Shown here piece after piece: positions 41,192 to 51,342 of a DNA stretch of 64,000 nucleotides (its first letter is position 1; every line of letters starts with the position of its first letter). The notes under the pieces are model-generated. The model had not been told where the DNA came from, did no database searches, and saw only the letters and a program-made list of their open reading frames with translations. The position numbers and the translations under genes were made by a program. The DNA comes from an uncultured bacterium (GTDB lineage Bacteria; Verrucomicrobiota; Lentisphaeria; Victivallales; UBA1829), in NCBI GenBank assembly GCA_949290385.1, contig CASERY010000030.1, forward strand, positions 4,300 through 68,299, read 5' to 3'.

Positions 41192-42031
41192 ATGGATTTT
41201 TCTGGAACAGATATCAGAAAACCTTTATGGATTCTACATGTGGCCTATCATGGAGGCGCCTATCATGGCTGGCAGCGTCAGAAGGCTGACTCGAATACAG
41301 TGCAGGAAACTCTGGAGACAATTCTGCAGAGAATTACGGGAGAAACGGATTTGTGTCTGACGGGTGCAGGCAGAACCGACCGGGGGGTGCATGCGCTGGA
41401 TATGCTGACGTCTTTCAGGTCCGGTACGGAGATTCCAGCAGAAATATTTTTGGAGAAGTTGTCCAGACAGAGTCCGCACAGTCTTCGCATCCTTTCTCTG
41501 GAGAGACAGCCGGATGTGGTTAAAGGGAATGCACACACCATGGCCCTTGGAAAGGCTTATATCTATGTGATTCATACAGGGCCTCATGCTTTGTTTTTGA
41601 AGGATCTGACTTGGAGTTGGCCGGAGGAATCACTGAATTTTCAGAATGTAATGGAAATTCTGTCAATGCTTCGCGGACGCCATGATTTTCAGATGTTCGT
41701 AGGGAAGAAAAAAACAAGCCCGGCAGGAGCTTCCTCGGTACGGACCCTTTACAGAGCCGAATGGATTTCACGGGGACCGGTTCATCTGCTTTACATTTCT
41801 GGAGATGGATTCCTGTATAAGATGGTTCGCAAAATTGCAGGATGCTGTCATGAGGCGGCATGTGGAAGACTGACTCCGGAAATGTTCAGATCCATGCTGG
41901 CAGATCCGGAAACTGCCGGGAAACTTTGTGAAACGGCTGCACCGGCATGCGGGCTTTATTTGAAGAAAGTCTTTGTGAAGGAAAATGAATGGCAGAGGGA
42001 TATGCCTGGAGAGATTCCGTTTTTTCTGTGA
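41192..42031 (+). CDS. truA: tRNA pseudouridine(38-40) synthase
   Basis: YHGGAYHGWQRQ and the catalytic block GAGRTDRGVHA. Stop TGA. Confidence 0.9.
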   Translation: MDFSGTDIRKPLWILHVAYHGGAYHGWQRQKADSNTVQETLETILQRITGETDLCLTGAGRTDRGVHALDMLTSFRSGTEIPAEIFLEKLSRQSPHSLRILSLERQPDVVKGNAHTMALGKAYIYVIHTGPHALFLKDLTWSWPEESLNFQNVMEILSMLRGRHDFQMFVGKKKTSPAGASSVRTLYRAEWISRGPVHLLYISGDGFLYKMVRKIAGCCHEAACGRLTPEMFRSMLADPETAGKLCETAAPACGLYLKKVFVKENEWQRDMPGEIPFFL

Positions 42032-42155
42032 TTTCCAGAAAATAAATTCAAGCTAGAAAACCTTGATCATTTTCCAGGAGGTTTTCTGATTCGGATCTGG
42101 AAAATAGCAGATTTTATGATATGGTTGTCTCAGGGTGCGTCGTGTTTACTCCTGA

Positions 42156-43175
42156 ATGAAAACGTATTTTATGAAAAGATTTACTGAAAATTTCAGAAGA
42201 GTTTTTCCCCGGGGATTCGTTCTGCTGATTGTGCTTCTGCTGTTCGCTTCCGGATGCTCAGACGTCTATTATATGCTGAAGACCTCGGCGGACAGTCGGT
42301 GGGCTGAGGCCAGGGCTTTGCGTATCCAGGCTCAGAAGGAAACGAAGGAGGCGCTGGAGAAAGGAATATCCAAAGGTGAATTCAAAGGGGAAAAATGGAT
42401 TCTTCCTTCCGGGGAGTGCGATGAAATCTGGATAGGTCGCGTAGAGTCATGCGGATTTATGAATGATTCTGGAAACTGCTTTGTGACGCTTTATCATGCG
42501 GTGTGCCTTTATTCCTTTGAAAGAGATGAACCAGGCAAGGAATCTTTTCTGACAATGGAAGGACATATTCTTCAGTTTCCTCATCAGCGTTTCCCGGAAG
42601 AGGGTCAATGGGTGCTTGCCGCAGTAACTCGCTCAAAAGTTCCGGAAGATGATACCGTCTGCATGGAAAATGCCGTGGATGCCCAATTTGACAGCAGCGG
42701 CAATTTAATTTTATTGTCCCGCTGTACACTGCCGAGAAAATTTGTTCAGGCTCTTCTGGATATTGATCCGAAAACGAAGATTCACTTTGCAAAAGACGAT
42801 GCGCGCGGAACTGGATCTCTGCTGGACGGCCGTGTATCGTTTGATTTCCGGGAACTTTTCTTTGCCGATATCGCTGCAGAACCGGTAACCAGATAGACCG
42901 GAGAGGACGGCCGGGAATTTGTAGAATATGCAGGACGTCTTGCCGACAGCGGCCGGATTATTCCTTGCGGCCCGGATTTCTCAAGAGGCTTGACAGACGA
43001 GGAATTTTTTGCCAATCCGTATATCGATGCGGGTTATTTTTTTATACGATTCCGGTTTCCGGCGGAACAGGAGTCCGTATTTTCACAATTTCTTGGGCCG
43101 TATCCTCCGCCGGCAACAAAAGATCAGGGAGAATCAGCCGATGTTGAACATTCAACGGGTCCATATGGACCGTAA
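42156..43175 (+). CDS. Hypothetical lipoprotein (TAG at 42894-42896 read through to TAA 43173-43175)
   Basis: Signal peptide with lipobox (LLLFASGC). The code-11 ORF is 42156..42896. The same frame continues as TGEDGREFVEYAGRLADSGRIIPCGPDFSRGLTDEEFFANPYIDAGYFFIRFRFPAEQ..., which is the same frame as track ORF 42990..43175. The extension is plausible but unverified. Confidence 0.5.
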
Positions 43176-45573
43176 AGATTCCAGAAATGGAAATATTGCA
43201 CTGCGTTATTTTGCAGAACCTGAAAATACATGGATATGGTGCACCGGTTCCGGCGCTGAATCTGAAGAAGTGCTGGAGTTCATGTGTGATTTTGAGGCGC
43301 CGCAGGATATGGAGCTTTGTTTTTCTCTTACTGCGGACCAGCGATATGAGGCCTTCCTGGACGGAGAATTTTTTGGGATGGGGCCGGATCGCTGTGATTT
43401 GAATCACTGGGCCTTTGCCACCTACCGGGTTTCTCTGAAAAAGGGTCATCATGAGTTCCGGGTTTGGTGCTGGCGTTTTCAGCTGGCGAACAGACCTGTT
43501 GCTCAGCTGTCGTTTCAGGGAGGATTCCTTTTCGGAGTGGAAGATCCGGCTTTCCGGAAAATACTCAATACTTCCTCCGGGAACTGGAAATGTCGCCGTC
43601 ACGACGGAGTCAGCTTTGAAGTTTCTCCAGACGATACCTGGTCTGTATGGACCAGTCTTATTTCCAGTGTCAGTGTGATTTCCGGAAGATCCTTTTTTAC
43701 AGAGAAGGCCTGGGAGAAACCTGCTGTTGTGAACGGTCCGAGGTATCAGGTCAATTATGGAGGACGAATTGAAGGATGGGCTTTATGTCCTTCCGATCTT
43801 CCTGAACAGATTCGGGTCGTTCATGAAGACAATATCGGGACGGCTCGGGCATTCTTCTCCGGTTCCAACGGCATGGAACAGATCGTTGCCGAACGTGAAC
43901 TGAATGCTCCTGAGTTAGCTGAATGGAATCATTTTCTGAAACAGGGAGGCATTCTTGAAATAAAGCCTCATCAGAATCTGGCGGTGCTGCTGGATCTGGA
44001 AGAATATCACTGCGGATATCCGTTTGTTGAAGTGGATGGGGGAGATGAAGGCTGTTCAATAAGAATCAGCTGGGCGGAAGCATTGTTCCTTCCGGGCAGT
44101 GCAGAAAAGAAACACCGCGGGGAGATCTCGGGAAAACGCTTCAGTCGCACATGCCAGGGAGACTGTTTCAAAGACTTTGACGGTGAAAAACGCAGATACC
44201 GTTCTTTCTGGTGGCGTGCGGGCCGCTACATGCTTGTCGGAATCCGAACCGGAGAGAAACCATTCCGTTTGCGGAAAATTGGTTTTCTGGAGTCTCGTTA
44301 TCCGCTGGAGATGGAATCGGAAATCCGGACATCGGATGCAGCGCTGGATGGACTTCAGCCCATGATGATCCGTTCGATGCAAATGTGCTGTCATGAAACC
44401 TATATGGATTGTCCGTTTTATGAGCAGCTGATGTATGTGGGGGACTCCAGACTGGAATGTCTGACTGGCTATGTCATGAGCCGAGATTTTCGCCTTCAGC
44501 AGCGGGCTGTGGATTTATTTGACTGGTCCAGGTGTTTGTGGGATAATCTGGTATCAGAGCGTTATCCCAGCGCGGTGGCTCAGTTGAGCGCCACTTTCAG
44601 CATGATCTGGCCGCTGATGGTTCAGGATTTTGTGATGTACCGACGCTGCAATCCGGACTGGTTCTCTGAAATTCGCAGGTCGGCTCGCTGTCTGATTCTG
44701 ACGCTGGAAAAATACTGGTCCGACAGAGGGCATCTTCGTAATTTACCCGGATGGTCATTTGTGGACTGGGTGCCGGGGCATGGATGGAGTGTAAACGGTC
44801 TGCCGCCTCCGGGAGAGAATGGTGGAGATTCTTCCATTTATACGTTGCATTATCTGGGGGCAGTTCGAGCGGCTTCAGCCCTTGAGGAGATTCATCCCGA
44901 TACGGCTTCAGAGGGAATGAAAATATTTTACAGCGGTCTCGCTCAGCAGATACGGACAGCCCTGATCCGCGATTTTTATGTCCCGGAACAGCACCGATTT
45001 GCCGATTCTGCTGAAAAGAATTCTTTCAGTTGTCATGCCCAGGTCCTGGCACTGCTTTATGATGCGCTGCCGGAGGAAGAGCGTCGGGCATGCTACAATG
45101 CCATGATGACAGATCTGTCTGCAGCACAGCCTACAATTTATTTTTCCTATTATCTGCATGAGGTCATGAGCCGTTTCGGGGACGGCGGGCGGATCCCCGA
45201 AAAACTTGGGTTCTGGCATGATATTCAGGCATCCGGAGCATTGACAACCTGGGAACAGCCGGAACCATCCCGTTCCGACTGTCATGCCTGGGGTGCCCAT
45301 CCTCTGTTTCATTTCTTTACGACACTGGCGGGGATCCGTCCGGCTGAACCGGGGTTCCGGAAAGTCCGTGTTTCCCCACAGATGGGGCCGCTGGAATACG
45401 TCCGGGGACACATGGCGCATCCGGATGGAGATATTTCTTTTGATTTTCATTCAGATGCAAAAGAATTTCACGGAAGCCTCATTCTTCCGGAGAATCTTTC
45501 CGGATGTTTTGAGCTGAATGGAATAATTTATGAACTGCATGGCGGGAAAAATACCATCATCGTGAAAAAATGA
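43141..45573 (+). CDS. Alpha-L-rhamnosidase-like (GH78-type six-hairpin) glycoside hydrolase
   Basis: ORF 43009..45573. CHETYMDCPFYEQLMYVGDSR and downstream (alpha/alpha)6-type blocks resemble bacterial rhamnosidases (recollection). Start placed at ATG 43141, which has GGGAG upstream. Stop TGA. Confidence 0.68.
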   Translation: MLNIQRVHMDRKDSRNGNIALRYFAEPENTWIWCTGSGAESEEVLEFMCDFEAPQDMELCFSLTADQRYEAFLDGEFFGMGPDRCDLNHWAFATYRVSLKKGHHEFRVWCWRFQLANRPVAQLSFQGGFLFGVEDPAFRKILNTSSGNWKCRRHDGVSFEVSPDDTWSVWTSLISSVSVISGRSFFTEKAWEKPAVVNGPRYQVNYGGRIEGWALCPSDLPEQIRVVHEDNIGTARAFFSGSNGMEQIVAERELNAPELAEWNHFLKQGGILEIKPHQNLAVLLDLEEYHCGYPFVEVDGGDEGCSIRISWAEALFLPGSAEKKHRGEISGKRFSRTCQGDCFKDFDGEKRRYRSFWWRAGRYMLVGIRTGEKPFRLRKIGFLESRYPLEMESEIRTSDAALDGLQPMMIRSMQMCCHETYMDCPFYEQLMYVGDSRLECLTGYVMSRDFRLQQRAVDLFDWSRCLWDNLVSERYPSAVAQLSATFSMIWPLMVQDFVMYRRCNPDWFSEIRRSARCLILTLEKYWSDRGHLRNLPGWSFVDWVPGHGWSVNGLPPPGENGGDSSIYTLHYLGAVRAASALEEIHPDTASEGMKIFYSGLAQQIRTALIRDFYVPEQHRFADSAEKNSFSCHAQVLALLYDALPEEERRACYNAMMTDLSAAQPTIYFSYYLHEVMSRFGDGGRIPEKLGFWHDIQASGALTTWEQPEPSRSDCHAWGAHPLFHFFTTLAGIRPAEPGFRKVRVSPQMGPLEYVRGHMAHPDGDISFDFHSDAKEFHGSLILPENLSGCFELNGIIYELHGGKNTIIVKK

Positions 45574-46018
45574 AATGCTGTTGATGGCGGAGTATTTTTT
45601 TCAACGAAGTTCGACTGTTTGTTTTTTTTTCTCTCTGGTTTTGTCTGCAGGGAAGTAAATTTCAGGATCTTCATTTTGTCATTGTTATATCAAATTATGA
45701 AGTTTCTGTATATTAGGCCAGAGGGAGGGGAAAGGAGAATTTTTTAGAGAGTGGGGGGAAAAAGAGGAAGCTGATCCGGTACTGCCGGCATCAGACTTTC
45801 TCTGAAAAAAGCCTGGATTATATCTGCTTATATTTTTTTTTATGTATAGAACTGCAGGACACTGCGCCCAAGGGACATCAAAAAAGAAAAGATCAAAAGG
45901 TGGAAACAGAATTTTGGGTGAAAAGGGAGAACGTTATTTCGGAACGATCTCTTGTATTTTCATCGATCTTGCTGCATGAATACGGGAGTGGATGTTGAAT
46001 GTCTGGAAGTAAAAACGT

Positions 46019-46666
46019 TTATTTTTTATGATCCGGGGACATTTCAGCGATGGATTCATTCCTTGAAGCATGTGCTTTTTCCGGTTGCGACATGCTGGAA
46101 TCCTGAACGGAAGTTTCCTGTACAGAAGAAAAGGACTTTTGAGAGATGATTTTTGTCGGTTCCTTCGGTTCCAGCTGTGGCGTGGAATGGCAGGAAATGA
46201 TTCCGTCCCGGAACAGAAGAAAAATAAAAAAGAACAGAAACAGGAAAAAAATAAAAATACGCAGAATCCATCCTTTGCGAAGAAAAAACGGTGTTTGTTT
46301 CCTTTCCGGAGGTGGCAGCGGAAGATTGTCTGGTGGATTCCCTGAGCAGTCCGCAGATTGGGGTTGCATGTTGCTTGCAGGTTCTTCAGAAACAAGTTCA
46401 TTTTTATCATTGAGAAGCATGTGCTTGGTTCTGGTGAGGATAACGTCCGGAATTTCAGGAGAAAGAACATCATCGGCTGTTTTGTTGACTGCGGAATGAA
46501 TCATTTTGCAGACTTCAAGATAAGCACGGCATTCCGGACAGTGTCTGATGTGCTCCAGCTGTTCGGGTGTAAGTTCTGCTTCATGGTCAAAATACGCAGA
46601 GAGTAGCTCGCTGTCCGGACATTGTCCTTTAAGATTCTTCTGATTGTTTCTGGATTCGTCCGCCAT
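46019..46666 (-). CDS. Anti-sigma factor (zf-HC2) with one TM segment
   Basis: The HIRHCPECRAYLEVC putative zinc-finger motif sits near the N-terminus and a hydrophobic FIFFLFLFFFIFLLF segment follows. It lies immediately downstream of the ECF sigma gene. Stop TAA. Confidence 0.72.
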   Translation of the reverse strand: MADESRNNQKNLKGQCPDSELLSAYFDHEAELTPEQLEHIRHCPECRAYLEVCKMIHSAVNKTADDVLSPEIPDVILTRTKHMLLNDKNELVSEEPASNMQPQSADCSGNPPDNLPLPPPERKQTPFFLRKGWILRIFIFFLFLFFFIFLLFRDGIISCHSTPQLEPKEPTKIISQKSFSSVQETSVQDSSMSQPEKAHASRNESIAEMSPDHKK

Positions 46667-46760
46667 GGGTTTCCTTCGGTTGATGGGGTGGTAAAACAGG
46701 AACTGAATCTGTTCTATTCTGTCTCTTGCCTGTCTTTTGTACCTGAATTATTTGTAGACG

Positions 46761-47450
46761 TTATGATTCTGAGGTTTTCCCGTTGAGCCACAGCATTTTT
46801 ATTGCCGTTTTTCTGCGGGATGGAGACTGCGATGGCACTGCATCCAGCTGATGAATATAAGCTTTGATCAGATTGCGTCCGCGGGCCAGTCTGGATTTTA
46901 CCGTGCCGACTTTGCAGTCCAGAAGTTCGGCAATCTCTTCATACGACATGTTTTCAATATGGCGTAGAATCATGACTTCTCGATGGGGTTCCGGAAGATG
47001 CCTGATAGCATCAAAAATGTTCCAGCCGATTTCCTCCTGTTCAAGAAGCTGATCGGGCTGGTGTCCGGCGTCTGGAAGATCCAGATTCCGAAGCGGGGAT
47101 TTGGGCTGATCCGGATTTATCGGACTTGAAAGACTGATGTTGACTCCGCTTCCGCGGCGTCTGTTCCAGTGAAAGCGGTTCCTTGCCAGATTGACTGTGA
47201 TTCGGTGCATCCAGGTTTCAAAACTGGCATCACCTCTGAAGTTTTTCAGAGCCTTATGTGCACGGACAAAGGCATCCTGTACAACTTCTTCAGCATCCTG
47301 GGTGTTCCCGAGAAGTCCGTAAGCAACCCTGAAAAGGCGTGGAGAATACAGAAGAACCAACTGGTCGAAAACGCTTTCATCACCTGCATTGAATTCCTCA
47401 ATGAGTTTCAATTCCTGTTCTTTGTCAAGCGGTCCGGATGAACGGTTCAT
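46761..47450 (-). CDS. ECF-type sigma-70 family RNA polymerase sigma factor
   Basis: Region 2 (LLYSPRLFRVAYGLLGNTQDAEEVVQDAFVRA) and region 4 HTH (SYEEIAELLDCKVGTVKSRLARGR). Stop TAA. Confidence 0.88.
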   Translation of the reverse strand: MNRSSGPLDKEQELKLIEEFNAGDESVFDQLVLLYSPRLFRVAYGLLGNTQDAEEVVQDAFVRAHKALKNFRGDASFETWMHRITVNLARNRFHWNRRRGSGVNISLSSPINPDQPKSPLRNLDLPDAGHQPDQLLEQEEIGWNIFDAIRHLPEPHREVMILRHIENMSYEEIAELLDCKVGTVKSRLARGRNLIKAYIHQLDAVPSQSPSRRKTAIKMLWLNGKTSES

Positions 47451-47898
47451 TGAGTTTCCCCAGGGTTTATTTATGGATGAAAGTCTCTGCTGGAATATTC
47501 CGGCAGAGTGAATTTTTTATACAATGGACTACCATATCAGGATTCCATATAAAATCAAGCAGGTTTCTTGCAAATAAAGCACTAGAGAATAAGGAAATAT
47601 CGAAAATTTGTATGCAAAAGTCAAGCTGAAAATGCAAGATGAAAAAATAGAGAGAATTTTTTATTTTTTTAATCCGCTTTTCCTTCCCGTCAGGCTATCA
47701 GATCAGGTCCGGGGAAAGACCTGATGGACAAAAGACGGGTTCCGGAAAAGGTTAAACTGCATTGTTTTTTGCATGCATATCTCTATAAAATCATGAGGTC
47801 CTTGAATGTTCTTCCCGTTTTACATATATAACTGCATGAAAATCGTGATGGTTGAATGATTTCGAAGACTCGAAGCTGAAAAGGGAAAATAGCTTGGC

Positions 47899-48063
47899 TC
47901 ATAAAGTCCCGGAGACGGATCCCGATCCGTTCATTAAAAAACGTTTGAACAAAAATCCACAGGTTCGTAAATGTCCCGGAGACGGATCCCAATAATTCTT
48001 TAGCCTGAATGCCCATGGATTTGTAGATAGTTCGTGTAAATGTCCCGGAGACGGATCTCAATA
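47899..48063. repeat. Three copies of a roughly 25-30 bp direct repeat (core gtcccggagacggatc) at a 67-69 bp period
   Basis: Cores at 47906-47921, 47973-47988 and 48042-48057. Copies 2 and 3 extend to ttcgt(gt)aaatgtcccggagacggatcYcaata. The repeat lies in the roughly 980-bp divergent spacer between the ECF sigma gene and the bS22-like gene. Confidence 0.9.
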
Positions 48064-48429
48064 CTGCAAAAATAATGGCAGTAGAATAGAAGGTTGCCGT
48101 GCCGGGAGGAGAGAATATGATCTCTTGTTTTTTATCTGTTTCATCTGCGAATTTTTCCTGTTTCAGTTTATCGCACCCGTCGTTTGAACGTTTTGCAAGG
48201 CCCGTTCTGTCCATAGAGACATGAAGGAATCCCGGATGCTGGAAAAAAGGATCCAGTGCAGAGTGTCTGACATGCAGAAGGCCCAGAAGGCGAATCAGAA
48301 GCAGAAAAAAAATAAAAAAAAATGGATTTTCCGGAAAAGCATTTGCCATTTTTAAAAATTGTGCTAATTTTATAACCGTTGTTACCAGTGTTTCATCAAC
48401 TTAACATTAAGCTTTGAGAAAGAATCGTC

Positions 48430-48519
48430 ATGGGAAATCTCAGAAAAAAACGTCGTCGCAAAATTGCTCAGCACAAACGTAAAAAAATGCTGAAGGCAAT
48501 GCGTCATAAGAGCAAATAA
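48430..48519 (+). CDS. Small basic protein, bS22 / AURKAIP1-COX24-like (29 aa)
   Basis: ATG 48430: MGNLRKKRRRKIAQHKRKKMLKAMRHKSK-TAA. The composition and the KKRRxK...KHRKxL pattern resemble the actinobacterial ribosomal protein bS22 as I recall it. It is below the ORF-track size cutoff. Confidence 0.6.
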   Translation: MGNLRKKRRRKIAQHKRKKMLKAMRHKSK

Positions 48520-48615
48520 GGATTCGTGCTGAATTCGCGCGCTGTGCGCAGAAAGAGTCCTGTCAAGGCAAGTGAGATTCTTCTTCAGGGTCCGGTTCAG
48601 ACTGGTCTGGAAAAA

Positions 48616-50481
48616 ATGGAGTCACACATGATGAAGTCGATTTGGAAACAAATGGTTCTCCTGGCGGGATTGTTCTGTTGTTCGGAACTCGCCGCAGACG
48701 ATGTATATTTCGACGCGACGCCGCAGCAGAGTCCAGTGCTTGCAGATGGAATCGGTTCATCTCCGGAAGAACGGGGAAGAATCGATTCTTTGTTTTTATT
48801 CGCAAAGGCGCTTTCTGAAAGTCCCAATGGTCTTCTGACGCCTGAAGCAGCGGATATACAATGTCAGGCATTCTGTGAAATTCTGGCTGCTGATCCGGGT
48901 AATGCAGCCGTGCTTGGACGCTTGTTGTCTCTTTACCAGGAATATCCGGAAACGGTAAAGGTATATGAAAAGCGTATCCGGGAAATTCAGGCTGCCCATC
49001 CGGCAGAACCGGGCCTTGCGTATTTCGTTGCCATTTTCCTGGATTATTTTGAAGGTCGTACCGAAGAGAGTCTGAAGCTGCTGAAAGACTGTATCATTCA
49101 GGCAGAAAGGGCGGAGCCTTTTGCTTCTCTTTCTCCGGAGAGCCCTGATTTCTGGCTCAGACTGGATCTGTTGACTCAGTTGTTTCGCATGGAAGAATCT
49201 GTGAATCCGGAGGCGGAGCCTGTTTTAGTACGGGAAATTCTTTATTCCAGTCCTTATCTGGGACAGAATGTTTCAGCAATGGTGCTGTAGCTGTCTCTTG
49301 CAACAAAAGACATTATAATTTATCCTCCATATTTTGCCACAGGAACTCCGGGAGAAACTGCACTGGAGAATTCGCCTCTGGCTGCGATGGAGTCCTTTTC
49401 AGACTTGGAGGATCTGGCATTGAAGCTTTTGAAGGAAATGCCAGATTTTACATACGAAGGGGATCCCCGCAATCTTATAGAGATTCTGGGTGTTTTTTCT
49501 GTGCGTCCGAAACTGCTGGAAGACTGTCTTCAGGATTTAAAGGAATCTTCCCAGAAAAAGGATTCCTCTGAATACAGTCTGGCACTTGCCGCAGTCTATA
49601 GCTTGCACGGGAATCATGAAAAGGGCGCTGCAGAATATGCTGAGCTTGCAGCCAAAGGCAAAAAAAGACTGTCCGCACAGGAATATGTGCAATGGGCTTC
49701 ATGCCTTTTAAACCTGGAGGATATGACGGGTGCGGCAAAGGTTCTGGAGAATGGGCTGAAGAAATATCCCGAAGAACAGGGTCTGATTCGGAGATTGCTT
49801 GTCTGTTATGCCAGGCTTGGAAATAAGAAAGGCGTTCTGGAGATGCGGAAGCGTCTGCTGGAACAGTATGAGAAACAGTTTTATTTAATGTATATGGCGG
49901 CCTTGTCCGGATATTACCAGCAGGGATATGCCGTGGGACAGAACATTGAGAGAAGTCTGCCCGAAGAAGAACTTTTCCAGCCGGGTATGCTGCCGTTCTG
50001 GGTAACATACCTGTCCTGCATGGGGGAGTCTGCGGATATCGCAGAGTTTCATGAGAAGGCCGAAAAGTGTCTGAAGCATTTTCCCAATGACCCGAATCTC
50101 CTTAATACGGTTGGCTATGTTTATGCGGATCGCAATGTGTACTTGGACCTGGCGGAGAAATACTTGCAGAGAGCTCGCAGAATGCTCCCGGATGCAAGTG
50201 AGATAGCCGACAGTCTGGCCTGGCTTTATTTCCGCCAGGGAAAACTGGACCTGGCAAAAAAGGAGATGTTTGAAAGTCTGGTTCTTGCCGGATCAGAGCC
50301 GGCTCCGGAAATTCTGGATCACGCAGGAGATATTTTTCTAAGTTCCGGCGATCTTCGTGCAGCGTTGAAGTACTGGTAGACAGCATATGAGTTTTCTCCG
50401 GACGGATCTGAAATAAAACAGAAAATCGAAGAAAAAATTCAATCTCATTCCAGTTCAGCCGGAAAACCAGGAGAGATTTGA
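48616..50481 (+). CDS. Secreted TPR-repeat protein (in-frame TAGs at 49288-49290 and 50377-50379)
   Basis: ORFs 48526..49290 and 49387..50379 are in the same frame with no other stop between them. After the second TAG the frame continues as TAYEFSPDGSEIKQKIEEKIQ... to TGA 50479-50481, completing a TPR helix-B pattern. The signal peptide is MMKSIWKQMVLLAGLFCC. Confidence 0.7.
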
Positions 50482-50569
50482 AAAATTTGAAGATTCTTTC
50501 CTTTTAATCATTGGCAATGTTAAAAGCACATGATATATTAAAGGAATCTCGTTTTATGAAGGATTGAGA

Positions 50570-50941
50570 ATGAACAGGATCATGGACATCGTCACAGCGG
50601 TTCCCCCGGTTTACAGAACTGTGGTGCTGCTGATTTGCTCGAATCTGTTTATGACGTTTGCCTGGTATGGTCATCTGAAAAATATGCATGACAAACCGTG
50701 GTATTTAGCGGCAGTGGTAAGCTGGAGCATTGCTTTTTTTGAGTATATGCTGCAGGTGCCTGCAAACAGAATCGGAGCAGATGTACTGACGCTGCCTCAG
50801 CTGAAAATTATGCAGGAGGTCATTACATTGTCGATTTTTGTGCCGTTTACAGTGTTTTATATGAAACAGGGATTGAAGTGGGACTTCCTATGGGCAGGGC
50901 TGTGCCTGTGCGGGGCTGTCTACTTTATGTTCCGCCGGTAA
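50570..50941 (+). CDS. DMT-superfamily small membrane protein (DUF486-like)
   Basis: Four hydrophobic segments; the FMTFAWYGHLK and LKIMQEVITL blocks are typical of this family (recollection). Stop TAA. Confidence 0.7.
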   Translation: MNRIMDIVTAVPPVYRTVVLLICSNLFMTFAWYGHLKNMHDKPWYLAAVVSWSIAFFEYMLQVPANRIGADVLTLPQLKIMQEVITLSIFVPFTVFYMKQGLKWDFLWAGLCLCGAVYFMFRR

Positions 50942-51072
50942 AAGATTCGGAATGATGTGCCTGCGCTTAAAGATCGTGCCGGACCATTTTGCCAGCGCCT
51001 AAAAGAGATCCCGTCGATGGGGAAATACCGCTTCGCTTGGACAACTGTTTTTTTAATCAGGAAAAGGATATT

Positions 51073-51342
51073 ATGGACAAAGCCAAAAAAACTGAAATCA
51101 TGCAGAAATTTGCACGTAAGGCCGGCGACGTGGGCTCTCCGGAAGTGCAGATTGCCGTTCTTACTGAAAAGATCGCGGAATTGACCAATCACCTCCGCAA
51201 CAACAAAAAGGATCACAGCTCAAGACGTGGCCTGATGAGAATGGTTTCCAACAGAAAGCGTCTCTTGAAGTATCTTTCAGAAGAAAATCATGCAAAATAT
51301 CTGGAAATTGCGGAAGTCCTGGGCATCCGCGGCCAGAAGTGA
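51073..51342 (+). CDS. rpsO: 30S ribosomal protein S15
   Basis: [68 protein letters not shown]. Stop TGA. Confidence 0.95.
   Translation: MDKAKKTEIMQKFARKAGDVGSPEVQIAVLTEKIAELTNHLRNNKKDHSSRRGLMRMVSNRKRLLKYLSEENHAKYLEIAEVLGIRGQK

Noticed and set aside
47899-48063. CRISPR array
   Set aside because: There are only three copies, the repeats are imperfect (including a 2-nt indel and substitutions), there is no leader or cas genes in the window, and the five other loci with the same spacing each have different repeat sequences.
47783-48349. 188-aa minus-strand ORF spanning the triple repeat
   Set aside because: It has no SD. Its N-terminus is encoded by a poly-A/T run (FFFIFFLLL), its SVSGTFT repeats simply mirror the DNA repeats, and no family was recognised. 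It is likely spurious.
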